Below, in pieces: positions 33,047 through 43,187 of a DNA stretch of 64,000 nucleotides. The stretch is from an uncultured delta proteobacterium (GTDB taxonomy: Bacteria; Myxococcota; Myxococcia; Myxococcales; Myxococcaceae). Position numbers and translations under genes: made by a program. A model generated the notes under the pieces. That model did not search any database, was not told where the DNA came from, and saw nothing but the letters and a program-made list of their open reading frames with translations. The DNA lies in contig CAWCKH010000004.1 in assembly GCA_963796055.1 (NCBI GenBank), positions 1,984,001 through 2,048,000 on the forward strand, in the 5' to 3' direction. Position 1 is the first letter of the stretch. Each line of letters starts with the position of its first letter.

Positions 33047-33481
33047 TCAGCGGGTCAGCTCGCGGGCGAGGAGCTGGCCCGCGGCCACCAGGCCAGCCCG
33101 GGCCCGCGCCTTGCCGGCGTCGGTCTCCATGACCCTCCCCGCGGCGTCGCTGGCCGTCCCGGCCGCCAGGTCGGCGAGGAGGAGGAAGGCGCTCAGGTCG
33201 GGGGTCACCGGTGCGGCACGACCGGGCCGGAGCGGCCGGTCCCGGAGGCTCTTCGCCACCTTCTCCAGCAATCCCTCCTCGTCCAGCTTCTTCGTGCCGC
33301 CGAGCAGCGCCTGCCAGGTGGCGGCGAGCAGGTCATCGAGGAGCGGACCGGAGAGGGCGGTGTTCAGCCGGGCTGCGGCCTCGTCGTGCTCGAGGTGGTG
33401 CGCCTCGGCGAAGGTGGGGGCGAGCTTGGCGACCACGATGGCGCGGGTGGCGAGGTGGGCGAGGCGGGCCGGGTACCGCAT
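33047..33481 (-). CDS. Hypothetical protein
   Basis: Start overlaps the kinase stop codon; helical protein with good coding bias. Confidence 0.7.
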   Translation of the reverse strand: MRYPARLAHLATRAIVVAKLAPTFAEAHHLEHDEAAARLNTALSGPLLDDLLAATWQALLGGTKKLDEEGLLEKVAKSLRDRPLRPGRAAPVTPDLSAFLLLADLAAGTASDAAGRVMETDAGKARARAGLVAAGQLLARELTR

Positions 33482-35193
33482 CAGAAGAGCCAGACGCCCT
33501 GGCGCACGCAGGCCCGCAGCACCAGCTGCTTGAGCTGCGGGTCGCCGATGTTGCGGTACGCGGCGCGGGCGCCGCCGAGATCATGGCGATGGCAGGCGGC
33601 CCTCGCCTGGATGGCGTGCCCCAGCGGCGTCTTCTGCACGTAGAAGCTCTGGTCCACCAGCCGGGCGGCATCCAGCGGCTTGTTCTTGCCCAGCGCCTCC
33701 TCGGCCTGGTCGAGCAGCTTGCGTGCCTCGGGCTTGATGCCGTCCGATGCCTCGGCGGGGTGCCCGGGCGGCTCGGGCTCCACGGCCTTCGCCCGCTCGG
33801 CCGTGGCGACGGTGGGCTGTGGCTCGGTGGCCTTCGCCGCCTCCATCCGCGCGCGGTGTTTGCGGCCCGGCGGCGGCTTCTCGCGGACGGTGCCAGCGCC
33901 GTCGGGGTGCTTCCCCTGCTGCACCGGCTCTTTTGCCACGTTCGCCTCGATGGGCGCCGGAGGGTGCGCGGGCTCGGCCGGGGGCGCGGGAGGCGGCTCG
34001 AGACGCTTCACCGGCTCGAGTGGAGCGAGGCTCACCACGTCCAGCCCAGGAGCGGGCTGGCTCCGCTTCGAGGCCCACAGGACGCCCGCGCCGCCCAGGG
34101 CCACCCCCACCACCCCCATCGCCGCGAGGAAGGGCCAGATGCGCCGGGGCGCGGGCTCCAGCACCGCGGGGGGCACGGTGACCGCACCCGAGCGCACCGG
34201 CTCGCGAGACGAGGCGCGCGTCTTCGGCCACGAGGCGGTGGGCCCCGTCGGGCGGGGGGTGTGGGTGGGCTCGAGCGGCTGTCCGAGCGCGGAGTCCACG
34301 CCCATCGGCTGTCCGGTGTGGAAGCTGTGCAGCGGCCGTCCCGTCAGCTCGAGGATGAAGGCGCCGATGTCCTGCGGCCGCGCGGCGGGGTCCTTCTGCA
34401 GCGCGCGCTCGACCGCCGAGAGGACGTTGTCCGGGAGCGCCGGCGCGAGCTCCCGCAGCGGCGTGGGCTCGCCGTGCACCACCCGGTAGACCACCTCGGC
34501 CAGCGAGCCGCCGGCGAAGGCGGGCTGTCCGCCGAGCATCTCGTAGACGATCGCGCCGACCGCGAACACGTCGGTGCGGGCGTCCACCGTGGTGTTCCTT
34601 CCGGTGGCCTGCTCGGGGGACATGTACTGCGGCGTCCCCATGAGGATGGCGTCCTGGGTGCGGAGCGACTGGCTGCCGCGGATCTTCGAGATGCCGAAGT
34701 CCAGCACCTTCACCCGGGTGGGCACGTCCTCCTCGGGGGTGCAGAGAAAGACGTTGTCCGGCTTGAGGTCGCGGTGGACCACGCCAGCCCGGTGCGCGGC
34801 CTGCAGCGCCGAGCCGATCTGCCGGGTGATGGCCAGCGCCTCCTCGAGCTGGAGCCGTCCGCTGGCCAGCCGCGCGGCCAGCGTCTCGCCCTGGAGGAAC
34901 TCGAGGACGATGTAGGGCTGACCGGTGGGCAGGGTGTTGAAGTCGAGCACCTCGACGATGTTGGGATGGCCCAGCCGGGAGGCGATCTCCGCCTCGCGGC
35001 GGAAGCGCTGGAGCATCTCCTCGCCCCCGGCCGCTGCGTCGAGCAGCACCTTCACCGCCACGTGCTTGCCCGGGAGGCGAAGATGCTCCGCCGCCCACAC
35101 CGCGCCCATCCCGCCGCGTCCGATGAGGGCCTGGATGCGGTAGGTCTCGCCCAGCACGGCACCCACGTCGAGCACGTCGCGGCCAGCGTCCAT
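33481..35193 (-). CDS. Membrane Ser/Thr protein kinase
   Basis: GRGGMG, VAVK, HRDLKPDN, DFG, GTPQYMSPE; TM segment and extracytoplasmic tail. Confidence 0.95.
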   Translation of the reverse strand: MDAGRDVLDVGAVLGETYRIQALIGRGGMGAVWAAEHLRLPGKHVAVKVLLDAAAGGEEMLQRFRREAEIASRLGHPNIVEVLDFNTLPTGQPYIVLEFLQGETLAARLASGRLQLEEALAITRQIGSALQAAHRAGVVHRDLKPDNVFLCTPEEDVPTRVKVLDFGISKIRGSQSLRTQDAILMGTPQYMSPEQATGRNTTVDARTDVFAVGAIVYEMLGGQPAFAGGSLAEVVYRVVHGEPTPLRELAPALPDNVLSAVERALQKDPAARPQDIGAFILELTGRPLHSFHTGQPMGVDSALGQPLEPTHTPRPTGPTASWPKTRASSREPVRSGAVTVPPAVLEPAPRRIWPFLAAMGVVGVALGGAGVLWASKRSQPAPGLDVVSLAPLEPVKRLEPPPAPPAEPAHPPAPIEANVAKEPVQQGKHPDGAGTVREKPPPGRKHRARMEAAKATEPQPTVATAERAKAVEPEPPGHPAEASDGIKPEARKLLDQAEEALGKNKPLDAARLVDQSFYVQKTPLGHAIQARAACHRHDLGGARAAYRNIGDPQLKQLVLRACVRQGVWLF

Positions 35194-35225
35194 CGGCAGC
35201 GCTGGACTATACTCGTCCGCAGACC

Positions 35226-35993
35226 GTGACACTCTCGCCAGCGGTTGCCCTCGCCCTGCTGCTCCGTCTGTCCCTCGCGGCCGAGCCGGCCGCAGACCCC
35301 CTGGACGTCACGGCGGTTCGCGACAAGCTGGTGGTGGTCGAGGACGGGCAAGGTCACTACATCGCCGTCGTTCCCTTCGGGGACAGCATCTGGGACCACC
35401 TCTACTGGTCCCAGGACGGGAAGGACTTCTACCAGCAGCGGGTCTTCGGGGGCGGGTCGAGCGGGACCGAGTCGTTCGACCGGAGCTTCTGGGAGCCGCG
35501 CGTGCGCACCCGGAACGGGGCGAGCTTCGGGATGCACGACGGCGCTTACAAGCTCTGGTGCGGAGAGCGGGCCACCGCTTTCAAGGCGCTGGAGCAGGGC
35601 AAGGCGACGGCGATGCTCACCGCGGCGAAGTTCCATCCGCCGCGCTGGAAGTACCGCGCCTACGCGCTGGCCCGCGACGATGCGGGGACCTACTACTACG
35701 TCGATCGCCGCCGCGACGAGGGCAGCATGGAGTTCCGTCTCTACTCGGGGCCGCGCGGCTCGATGAAGCCCCTGAAGATGGTGAACGTGGTGAACGACTC
35801 CGAGGGCGACATCTTCTCTACCAAGAGCGGCGAGCTGCGGCTGGTGCTGGACAAGAAGGAGAGCGCCTGGGTGCAGAGGGGCAAGCGCCAGCAGCTGAAG
35901 AGCTTGCCGGTGGAGGACAACGTGCCACTCATCTACGCCGACCTGGGTGTGTACACCGGCCAGCCGCTCGGGACGCCCTGCGACCTGCTCTAA
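35226..35993 (+). CDS. Hypothetical secreted protein
   Basis: Signal peptide; strong coding bias. Confidence 0.8.
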   Translation: MTLSPAVALALLLRLSLAAEPAADPLDVTAVRDKLVVVEDGQGHYIAVVPFGDSIWDHLYWSQDGKDFYQQRVFGGGSSGTESFDRSFWEPRVRTRNGASFGMHDGAYKLWCGERATAFKALEQGKATAMLTAAKFHPPRWKYRAYALARDDAGTYYYVDRRRDEGSMEFRLYSGPRGSMKPLKMVNVVNDSEGDIFSTKSGELRLVLDKKESAWVQRGKRQQLKSLPVEDNVPLIYADLGVYTGQPLGTPCDLL

Positions 35994-36007
35994 TAGGCTC
36001 CGACCGG

Positions 36008-36688
36008 CTACTTCAGCTGCAGCTCGAAGGTGGGCGAGGCCACGGTGCGTCCGTCGGGCAGCACCGCGTCCACGTTCCACAGGAGCCCGCCCCCGGGCGA
36101 CCGCTGGGCGACGTTCCCGGGCAGCTTGAGCTCGCGTCCCGACACGCCGACCGCCTGGTGCACCACGACGAGGTCCGGGGTGAGCACCGTGACGTTGTAG
36201 CTACTGGCCCCGGGCACCTCGGACCAGCGCAGCACGGCCTCGGCTGCCGGCTGCACGGACGGCGATTCGGCGTGCAGCGTGGGCCCGCCGACGGTTCCCC
36301 GTTCCACCGGGGGAGCTCGCGGAGGGGCAGGGCGGAAGGCGAGCCACAGACCGACCACGGCCACGGCCGAGAGCGCCATGGGCAGAAAGGACCGCCCACG
36401 CAGGCGAGGCCGGGCGCGCATTCCCCCCACGAGCGGACGGAAGGCCGGCGGGTCATCGCTCAGCGGACGCGGCTCCGAGGCCGCGCGCCGGACGTCGGCG
36501 AGGATGCGCCATGCCTCGGCGCACTGGGCGCAGCGCGCCCCGTGGTCGACCAGCGCGCGGACCCGCTCGAAGGAAAGCTCTCCGGTGGCCGCGGCCCAGT
36601 ACGCGTCGGCCGGGGGACAGTCGGCGGCATCGGTCTGCTGGACCGCGGCGCGGAGGCGGTGCTCGAGATCGTCCGCCGGCTCGGTCAT
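36008..36688 (-). CDS. Putative anti-sigma factor (zf-HC2-like + TM + periplasmic beta domain)
   Basis: C...HGARCAQC motif, TM segment; ATGA overlap with the sigma gene. Confidence 0.75.
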   Translation of the reverse strand: MTEPADDLEHRLRAAVQQTDAADCPPADAYWAAATGELSFERVRALVDHGARCAQCAEAWRILADVRRAASEPRPLSDDPPAFRPLVGGMRARPRLRGRSFLPMALSAVAVVGLWLAFRPAPPRAPPVERGTVGGPTLHAESPSVQPAAEAVLRWSEVPGASSYNVTVLTPDLVVVHQAVGVSGRELKLPGNVAQRSPGGGLLWNVDAVLPDGRTVASPTFELQLK

Positions 36689-37188
36689 GTCTCTCCCCCC
36701 TCGAGGCAGGCGCGCAGATCCGCCAGGCCACGGTACACCAGATTTTCCGCCTGCTTCTCGGTCCAACCGAGCGCGGCCGCCACCTCGCCGGTGCGAAATC
36801 CCTGCAGGTGCAAGGTGACGGCGGTGCGCCGCCGGTCCTGAAGCCCGCCGAGGCAGTCGAGGATCTCCGAGCGCGCCTCCGGCCCGGGCGAGCCCCCCTC
36901 GCCCACTGCCAGCGCTTCTGACTGGCGCTGCTGACGCCGGAACCGGCGAATCTCGTCGATGACCACCGTGTAGGCGACTCTCCAGAGGTAAGACGCTCCC
37001 CGTGGGCTGCTTCCCTCACTCGCCGGTCGTTCCAGGAGGCGAACCAGCGCCATCTGAACGAAATCTTCGCGGTGGGCTGCCAACGGCGGGGGGCAGTGCC
37101 GCTCGACTGCACGGATCAAGATCTGGCGGATCCGCTCGATGCTCTGCGGGTCTGGATCCTTCGAGCCGTCGTCCCGCGGGGGAGTCAT
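36685..37188 (-). CDS. ECF sigma-70 factor
   Basis: EDFVQ, YLWRVAYTVVIDEIRR (region 2), HTH region 4. Confidence 0.88.
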   Translation of the reverse strand: MTPPRDDGSKDPDPQSIERIRQILIRAVERHCPPPLAAHREDFVQMALVRLLERPASEGSSPRGASYLWRVAYTVVIDEIRRFRRQQRQSEALAVGEGGSPGPEARSEILDCLGGLQDRRRTAVTLHLQGFRTGEVAAALGWTEKQAENLVYRGLADLRACLEGGET

Positions 37189-37243
37189 GCCGTGTTTCCG
37201 AGGTAAGCACAGGGTTCCGCTTCGGGTAACCTCTCGCCGCGCG

Positions 37244-39919
37244 ATGCATGGGCGGTTTTTGCCAGCGATCGTCCGGGTTTTCGGACGGTGGGAAGTCCTC
37301 GTCGTCCTGGGTCTGGGCGCCGGCGGGGATGCCCGGGCCGGTGCCCGTCCGCTGGCGGAGTGCCGGGCGCTGGTGCGTCAAGAGCCGCATTCGCTGAAGG
37401 GCTACATCTGCTTCCTCGCGCACCAGGGGGAGGGCCGCGAGGAGGCGCTCCGGTTCCTGGACGCGCGGATGCGGATCGACCCGCGGAACCCGCGGCCTCA
37501 CCTGTACGCGGGGATTCTCCGGTCCGTGGCCGGGGAGGGGGTGGATGACCGCGAATGGCGGGTGGCCATCGAGGGCTTCGCCCGGGAGCACGAACCGGCC
37601 GGTGAGATCTACGCCACCACCTCGCTCATCTCGGTCCGATGCATCTCGGCTCTCCGCTGCGACCCGGAGATGCTGGGCCTGCTCGGGCGCGTCCAGGAGC
37701 TGGCGCGTGCCTCGGGTCGGGTGGATCTGATGCAGGTCATGGAGATCTGGACGATGAAGGTCTCCTTCGCGCTCGACGACATGGACGGTGCGGAGGGGGC
37801 CGAGCGGCGGCTCCTGGCGCTCGGTCCTCCGCGTTCGCTGTGGCTCAAGTCCGAGACCCTTCAGGCTCGGGCCCACCTCGCGGCCAGGTTGAACGACCAC
37901 GCGCTCCAGCGGCGGCTCTACGTCGAGCTGCTCGAGACGCTCGACGCGGACGATCCGCGCCGTCCGACGGCGGTGGGGGGCCTGGCCGCGGCCACGGTCC
38001 ACCTGGCCATGGACGGCCTCGAGAGCCGCGACGCCGCGGAGCGGCTGCTGCGGGAGGCGATGGCCGAGCAGGAGCGCGCGGGCATTCCCCTGATGTACAC
38101 GGAGACCGGGTACCTGTCGTCGCGGGTGCAGCTGGCGATGTTGCTCGGGCCCACTGCGGAATCCTTCTCGCTGCTCCGCTCCACCCTGGCGGCGCAGCTC
38201 GCGCGGGTCTCGTGGAGCACGCCCCTGTACCCGGCGCTGTCGCTGGCCGAGCTCCTCGCCACCGCCGACCCTCCGCAGCTCCAGGAGGCGATGCGGGTGG
38301 CCGACGAGGCTGTCGAGCACGCCTTTGCCCACAGTGGCGACTTCGAGCAGGCGCGGGCGCTGGTCCTCCGCTCCCGGATGCGGTTCCGGCGGGGCGAATT
38401 CTCACTCGGCCGCGCCGACGGCCTCGCGGCGCTGGACCATGCCGAGCGTCTACGTGAGCAGCAGCGGGCGATGCCGATCCGGCTCCGCTACGCCCAGTCG
38501 CTCTCCTTCGCCTACCAGTCGCTCGCCGGTGCGCTGGCCCGCTACCGGCCGGCGGGCGACGGCGTGTCCCTGGACGACGCCTTCCAGGTCATGGAGCGGC
38601 TGAGGGCGCGGGGGCTGATGGAGACGCTCCTCGCCGAGGATCACCCTGGCACGCCCGTCCCGTTGCAGCCCCCGACCCTGGCCCAGGTCCGCGGCGAGCT
38701 GGCCCCCGGGGAGGCCCTCCTCTCCTTCCAGGTCTGGCGCCCAGAGCCAGCCATGGACGCGCCTTACCGGGAGGGCAGCTCCTGGGTCACGGTGGTCACC
38801 GCGGGCCGGGTGGAGGCATTCCCCATCCCCGGCGCGGACGTGCTCGAGCCGCAGATCCGCGCCTGGACCGGGCTGCTGGAGCGGCGGGATGGCAGGGACC
38901 ACGTGGCGGGCGGCAGGCTCTACCGGGAGCTCCTCGCACCGGCGCTCGCGGCGCTGCCGCAGCGAATCGAGCGGCTGGTGGTGGTGCCGGATGGTCCGCT
39001 CCACCGCCTGCCGTTCGACGCGCTCTCCGGCGGTCCGGGCATGCCGTACCTGGCCGAGCGGTTCGCCGTGTCCGTCGCGCCCTCGGCCTCGCTCTGGATC
39101 CGCTTCCGGGCGGGTCCGCGGCTCCCGCCAGGAAAGCTCCTGGTGCTCGCCGATCCCTCGGAGGGCGCGGCGTCCCAGGCCATCCTCCGCGACTCGACGA
39201 GCGTGTTCGGCGCGCTGGTCCATGCCCGTCGCGAGGCGGAGGTGGCGCTGTCCGCCTTCCCCACCGGCAGCGAGCTGCGGATCGGCCCACCGGCGTCCGA
39301 GGCGTTCCTCAAGTCGGCCAGCCTCGAGGGGGTCTCGGTGCTCCACTTCGCCACCCACGCCGTCGCCGACGAGCGGGACCCCGAGCACGCCGCGGTGGTG
39401 CTCGCCCCGGGGAGCCCGGCGGAGGACGGCCGGCTCGAACCTCAGGAGATCGGCCGGCTCCGCCTCGGGGGAAAGACGGTGGTGCTGGCCGGATGCGAGA
39501 CCTCGTCCGGGCCGGTGTTCCGCGGCGAGGGGGTGATGAGTCTCGCGCGGGCCTTCTTCGGCGCCGGAGCCTCGGCGGTGGTGGGCACCCTGGACCGGGC
39601 GCGGGACGACGAGGCCAGCGTCTTCTTCTCCGCGCTCTACCGGGCGCTGGGCCGCGGGGCCAGCATCGGGGACGCGGTGGTGGCGGCGAAGCGCGAGGGC
39701 ATCCGTCGTGGCGCACCGCCCGCGGCCTGGTCCAACGTGGTGCTGCTCGGGGACGCCGAGGCTCGGCCGCGGGCGCGCGAGACACCGGGCTTGCTGCCGC
39801 TCCTCCTCACCGGCGTCGTCCTGGCGTTCGCCGGGCTGAAGGCGGGCCGGTGGCGGCGGCGCACCGCTCGGGCGGTGGAATCGCCGCCGGACCCCGACGG
39901 ACCGCGGACCGGCCGGTGA
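37244..39919 (+). CDS. CHAT-domain (caspase-like) protease with helical N-terminus and C-terminal TM
   Basis: VPDGPLHRLPF, LHFATHA, VVLAGCET, SLARAFFGAGA; start uncertain. Confidence 0.88.
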   Translation: MHGRFLPAIVRVFGRWEVLVVLGLGAGGDARAGARPLAECRALVRQEPHSLKGYICFLAHQGEGREEALRFLDARMRIDPRNPRPHLYAGILRSVAGEGVDDREWRVAIEGFAREHEPAGEIYATTSLISVRCISALRCDPEMLGLLGRVQELARASGRVDLMQVMEIWTMKVSFALDDMDGAEGAERRLLALGPPRSLWLKSETLQARAHLAARLNDHALQRRLYVELLETLDADDPRRPTAVGGLAAATVHLAMDGLESRDAAERLLREAMAEQERAGIPLMYTETGYLSSRVQLAMLLGPTAESFSLLRSTLAAQLARVSWSTPLYPALSLAELLATADPPQLQEAMRVADEAVEHAFAHSGDFEQARALVLRSRMRFRRGEFSLGRADGLAALDHAERLREQQRAMPIRLRYAQSLSFAYQSLAGALARYRPAGDGVSLDDAFQVMERLRARGLMETLLAEDHPGTPVPLQPPTLAQVRGELAPGEALLSFQVWRPEPAMDAPYREGSSWVTVVTAGRVEAFPIPGADVLEPQIRAWTGLLERRDGRDHVAGGRLYRELLAPALAALPQRIERLVVVPDGPLHRLPFDALSGGPGMPYLAERFAVSVAPSASLWIRFRAGPRLPPGKLLVLADPSEGAASQAILRDSTSVFGALVHARREAEVALSAFPTGSELRIGPPASEAFLKSASLEGVSVLHFATHAVADERDPEHAAVVLAPGSPAEDGRLEPQEIGRLRLGGKTVVLAGCETSSGPVFRGEGVMSLARAFFGAGASAVVGTLDRARDDEASVFFSALYRALGRGASIGDAVVAAKREGIRRGAPPAAWSNVVLLGDAEARPRARETPGLLPLLLTGVVLAFAGLKAGRWRRRTARAVESPPDPDGPRTGR

Positions 39920-40252
39920 ACCCTGGTGCGATTCCCGGCGATGGTTCGCCTCCTGGACGGCTCCCCACCGGCGTGGTGGTCGTCCGCGCCGGTTCCGGGG
40001 ATGAGCCGCTGGTGGCGGGGTGGTCGACGCCGCCCGTAGGGGACGTCTCGCCCGGGACTGGACGCGCCGCCGGCGACGGCGCCATCCCCCGGTGAGGGAA
40101 AACAGGCCAGTCGAGCGTTCATGGAGCGACGCGGGGACGTGGCGTCGCTTCCGCTGGCCAGGAGAGCCCTTCCGGGGGGGAGGAAGCGACGTCACGTGCC
40201 CCGGGGGCCACCGTGGGTTGAAGTCGCCGGCCGGCCGCCTTAAAGCTCTGGT

Positions 40253-40810
40253 ATGTCCGTGAACATCCAGCTCGAGTGGACCCCCAACCCGAGCACCCTC
40301 AAGTATGTGGTGGACCGTACCCTGGTCCCCCGCGGCGCCCTGAACTTCACCAGTCCCGAGGCCGCATCGGCCCGGTCCCCGCTGGCCTCCAAGCTCATGG
40401 GCATCGAGGGCGTGAGCGGGGTGATGCTGGGCAGCAACTTCGTCACCGTCACCAAGGGTGAGTCGGGCGAGTGGGATGCGCTCAACGATGCGGTGATGGC
40501 GACGCTGGACGCCCACCTCGGCGCGAACGAGCCCGTCGTTGCTCCCGGCGCGATCGAGGAGCTGGGCTCGACGGCGACCGGCACCGAGGTGGAGGAGCGG
40601 ATCCGGCAGATCCTCGACCTCGAGATCCGCCCTGCGGTCATGCAGGACGGCGGGGACATCACCCTGGACCGGTTCGAGAACGGGGTCGTCTACCTGCACA
40701 TGCGGGGCTCGTGCTCCGGCTGCCCGTCGTCCACCATGACCCTGAAGATGGGCATCGAGAACCGCCTCCGCGAGGTGGTGCCCGAGGTGGTCGAGGTCGT
40801 CCCGGTCTAG
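40253..40810 (+). CDS. NifU/Nfu-family Fe-S cluster carrier
   Basis: TPNPSTLKY (Nfu_N), DGGDI, GSCSGCPSS. Confidence 0.92.
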   Translation: MSVNIQLEWTPNPSTLKYVVDRTLVPRGALNFTSPEAASARSPLASKLMGIEGVSGVMLGSNFVTVTKGESGEWDALNDAVMATLDAHLGANEPVVAPGAIEELGSTATGTEVEERIRQILDLEIRPAVMQDGGDITLDRFENGVVYLHMRGSCSGCPSSTMTLKMGIENRLREVVPEVVEVVPV

Positions 40811-40863
40811 CGGGCCCCGGCGCGGCCCAGGGCGGGCCTCGGGTCCGGGCCCACACGAACGTC

Positions 40864-41691
40864 TTGAGACGCCAGGTCAAAGCGGCCGAGGTCCGGCGCG
40901 AGCTCCTTCCCGACCAGTCGCCCCAGCTGCTGCGCGAGCTGCACCTCCTCACCCGCGACGGGGACCTGAACGCCGACGCGCTCCGGAAGCTGAAGCAGGT
41001 GAACCACCTGGTGGGCCTGCTCCGTCCGGCGCTGGATGACGTGTTCGCCCGGTTCGGGCGGCCGCTGGTCGTCGACGCGGGGAGCGGCAACGCCTACCTC
41101 GGATTCGTCCTCTACGAGCTGTTCTTCAAGGGGCAGGACAAGGGAGAGCTCCTGTCAATCGAGGCCCGGCCCGAGCTGACGGTCCGCGGCGAGGACCGCG
41201 TCCGGCGGCTCGGCTTCTCGCGGATGCGCTTCCTGACCGCGCCGCTCGCCTCGGCGCCGTGGCCGGAGCGCTTCCATCTGTTGACCGCGCTGCACGCCTG
41301 TGACACCGCGACCGACGACGCGCTCGCGGCGGCCATCCGGCACGGGGTCGATCACGTGGCGGTGGTCCCCTGTTGCCAGGCCGAGGTGGCCCGCCAGCTG
41401 CGGGAGCGACCGCCGCCCTCCGTGGCGGTGGCCGCGCTGGCCGAGCATCCGTGGCACCGGCGCGAGTTCGGCTCTCACCTGACCAACGTCATCCGCGCGC
41501 TGGTGCTCGAGGCGCACGGCTACTCGGTGACGGTGACCGAGCTCACCGGGTGGGAGCACTCGATGAAGAACGAGCTCATCCTGGGACGGAAGGTGCGAGG
41601 GGAGTGGCGCGAGGCGCAGCGGCGGCTCGACGCGCTGCTCGCGGACACCGGCGTTCGTCCGGCGCTGGTGCGCACGCTGGAGAGCGCGTGA
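40864..41691 (+). CDS. SAM-dependent methyltransferase (Methyltransf_32-like)
   Basis: VDAGSGNAYL, ALHACDTATD, VPCC; TTG start inferred. Confidence 0.85.
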   Translation: MRRQVKAAEVRRELLPDQSPQLLRELHLLTRDGDLNADALRKLKQVNHLVGLLRPALDDVFARFGRPLVVDAGSGNAYLGFVLYELFFKGQDKGELLSIEARPELTVRGEDRVRRLGFSRMRFLTAPLASAPWPERFHLLTALHACDTATDDALAAAIRHGVDHVAVVPCCQAEVARQLRERPPPSVAVAALAEHPWHRREFGSHLTNVIRALVLEAHGYSVTVTELTGWEHSMKNELILGRKVRGEWREAQRRLDALLADTGVRPALVRTLESA

Positions 41692-43157
41692 GCGACGACC
41701 GCAGGACGCTGGATCCGCCGGACTGGGAAGAGGCCCGCTCGGTGGGTCACCGGATGGTCGACGCCTTCGTGGACGGTCTGCGGGAGGTGCGCCAGGCGCG
41801 GGCGTGGACGCCGGTGCCGCCCGAGGTGGAGGAGCGCTTCCGGGCCCCGCCGCCGCGCGAGGGCCTGGGGATCGACGCGGTGTGGGCGGAGCTGCAGCGC
41901 TCGGTGCTCCCGTACCGGCTGGGAAACGTGCATCCGCGGTTCTGGGCCCGGGTGATGGGCACCGGAACGGCCACCGGCGCGCTGGCGGGGCTCGCCGGGG
42001 CGGCGATGAACAACAACCTCTCCGGCCTGGAGAGCTCGGCGGTGCACGTCGAGGCGCAGGTCGTCGACTGGCTGAAGGAGCTGATGGGCTTTCCGCCGTC
42101 GGCGAGTGGACTGCTGACCAGCGGCTGCAGCCTGGCGAACCTCATCGGGCTACAAGTGGCCCGCGACGTCGGCGGCGGGGAGGCGGTGAAGGCCGAGGGG
42201 CTCCAGTCCGTGCCCGGGCGCCTGGTCGGGTACGCGTCCGAGGAGGCGCACAGCTCGGTGGCGCGGGCCTTCACCGTGCTGGGGCTGGGGAACGCTTCGC
42301 TCCGGCGCATCGCGGTGGACGCCGGATTCCGGATGGACCTGGAGGCGCTGGAGCGGGCCATCGACGCGGATCTCCGGGCGGGGCACCGGCCCTTCTGCGT
42401 GGTGGGCAGCGCGGGGACGGTGAACACCGGCGCCACCGACCCGCTCCAGCCGCTGGCCGAGCTGGCACGCGCGCGGGGGCTGGTGTTCCACGTCGACGCG
42501 GCGTTCGGGGCATGGGCGAAGCTGTCACCTCGGCTCGCGGCCCAGATGCGCGGGCTGGAGCGCGCGGACTCGATCGCCTTCGACCTGCACAAGTGGGGCG
42601 GGGTGCCGTACGGCGTGGGCTGCGTGCTGGTGCGGGATGCCGAGGCGCACCGGCGGACCTTCCAGGCCTCGGCGGCCTACCTGACGCCGCATCCGCGGGG
42701 CGTCTCGGCGGTGGAGTACGCCGGTCACGAGCTGGGACCCGAGCTGAGCCGGCCCTTCCGGGCGCTGGGGCCGTGGATGGCCTTCCAGGAGCATGGTCTC
42801 GACCGGCTGCGGGCGGTGGTGGAGAAGAACGTCGAGCAGGCGGCGGGGGTGGCGGCGCGGGTCCTCCGCGAGCCTGAGCTGGAGCTGACCGCGCCCGTGC
42901 CGCTGAACGTGGTGACGTTCCGCTACCGCGGGCTGGGGCTGGGACTGTCCGAGGCGCAGCTCGACGCGCTCAACACCGAGGTGGTGATGCGCATCCAGGA
43001 ATCGGGCGTCGCGGTGCCCTCGACGACGCGGCTGCAGGGTCGGACGGTGATCCGGCTGGCCATCGTGAACCATCGGAGCCTGGACGACGATTTCGACCTG
43101 CTGGTGGATGCGGTGCTCGAGGCCGGACGGGCGGTGGCGGCGGAGCTCCGGCCGTAG
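41688..43157 (+). CDS. Group II PLP-dependent (aromatic amino acid-type) decarboxylase
   Basis: HPRF, AHSS, AGTVNTG, HVDAAFG, DLHKW. Confidence 0.92.
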   Translation: MSDDRRTLDPPDWEEARSVGHRMVDAFVDGLREVRQARAWTPVPPEVEERFRAPPPREGLGIDAVWAELQRSVLPYRLGNVHPRFWARVMGTGTATGALAGLAGAAMNNNLSGLESSAVHVEAQVVDWLKELMGFPPSASGLLTSGCSLANLIGLQVARDVGGGEAVKAEGLQSVPGRLVGYASEEAHSSVARAFTVLGLGNASLRRIAVDAGFRMDLEALERAIDADLRAGHRPFCVVGSAGTVNTGATDPLQPLAELARARGLVFHVDAAFGAWAKLSPRLAAQMRGLERADSIAFDLHKWGGVPYGVGCVLVRDAEAHRRTFQASAAYLTPHPRGVSAVEYAGHELGPELSRPFRALGPWMAFQEHGLDRLRAVVEKNVEQAAGVAARVLREPELELTAPVPLNVVTFRYRGLGLGLSEAQLDALNTEVVMRIQESGVAVPSTTRLQGRTVIRLAIVNHRSLDDDFDLLVDAVLEAGRAVAAELRP

Positions 43158-43187
43158 TCTCGCATTCGTCCGCGCCACGGCGCCTCG

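Noticed and set aside
39916..40095. 59-aa ORF overlapping the CHAT stop codon (GTGA)
   Set aside because: No motif and weak coding signal; cannot be supported from sequence alone.
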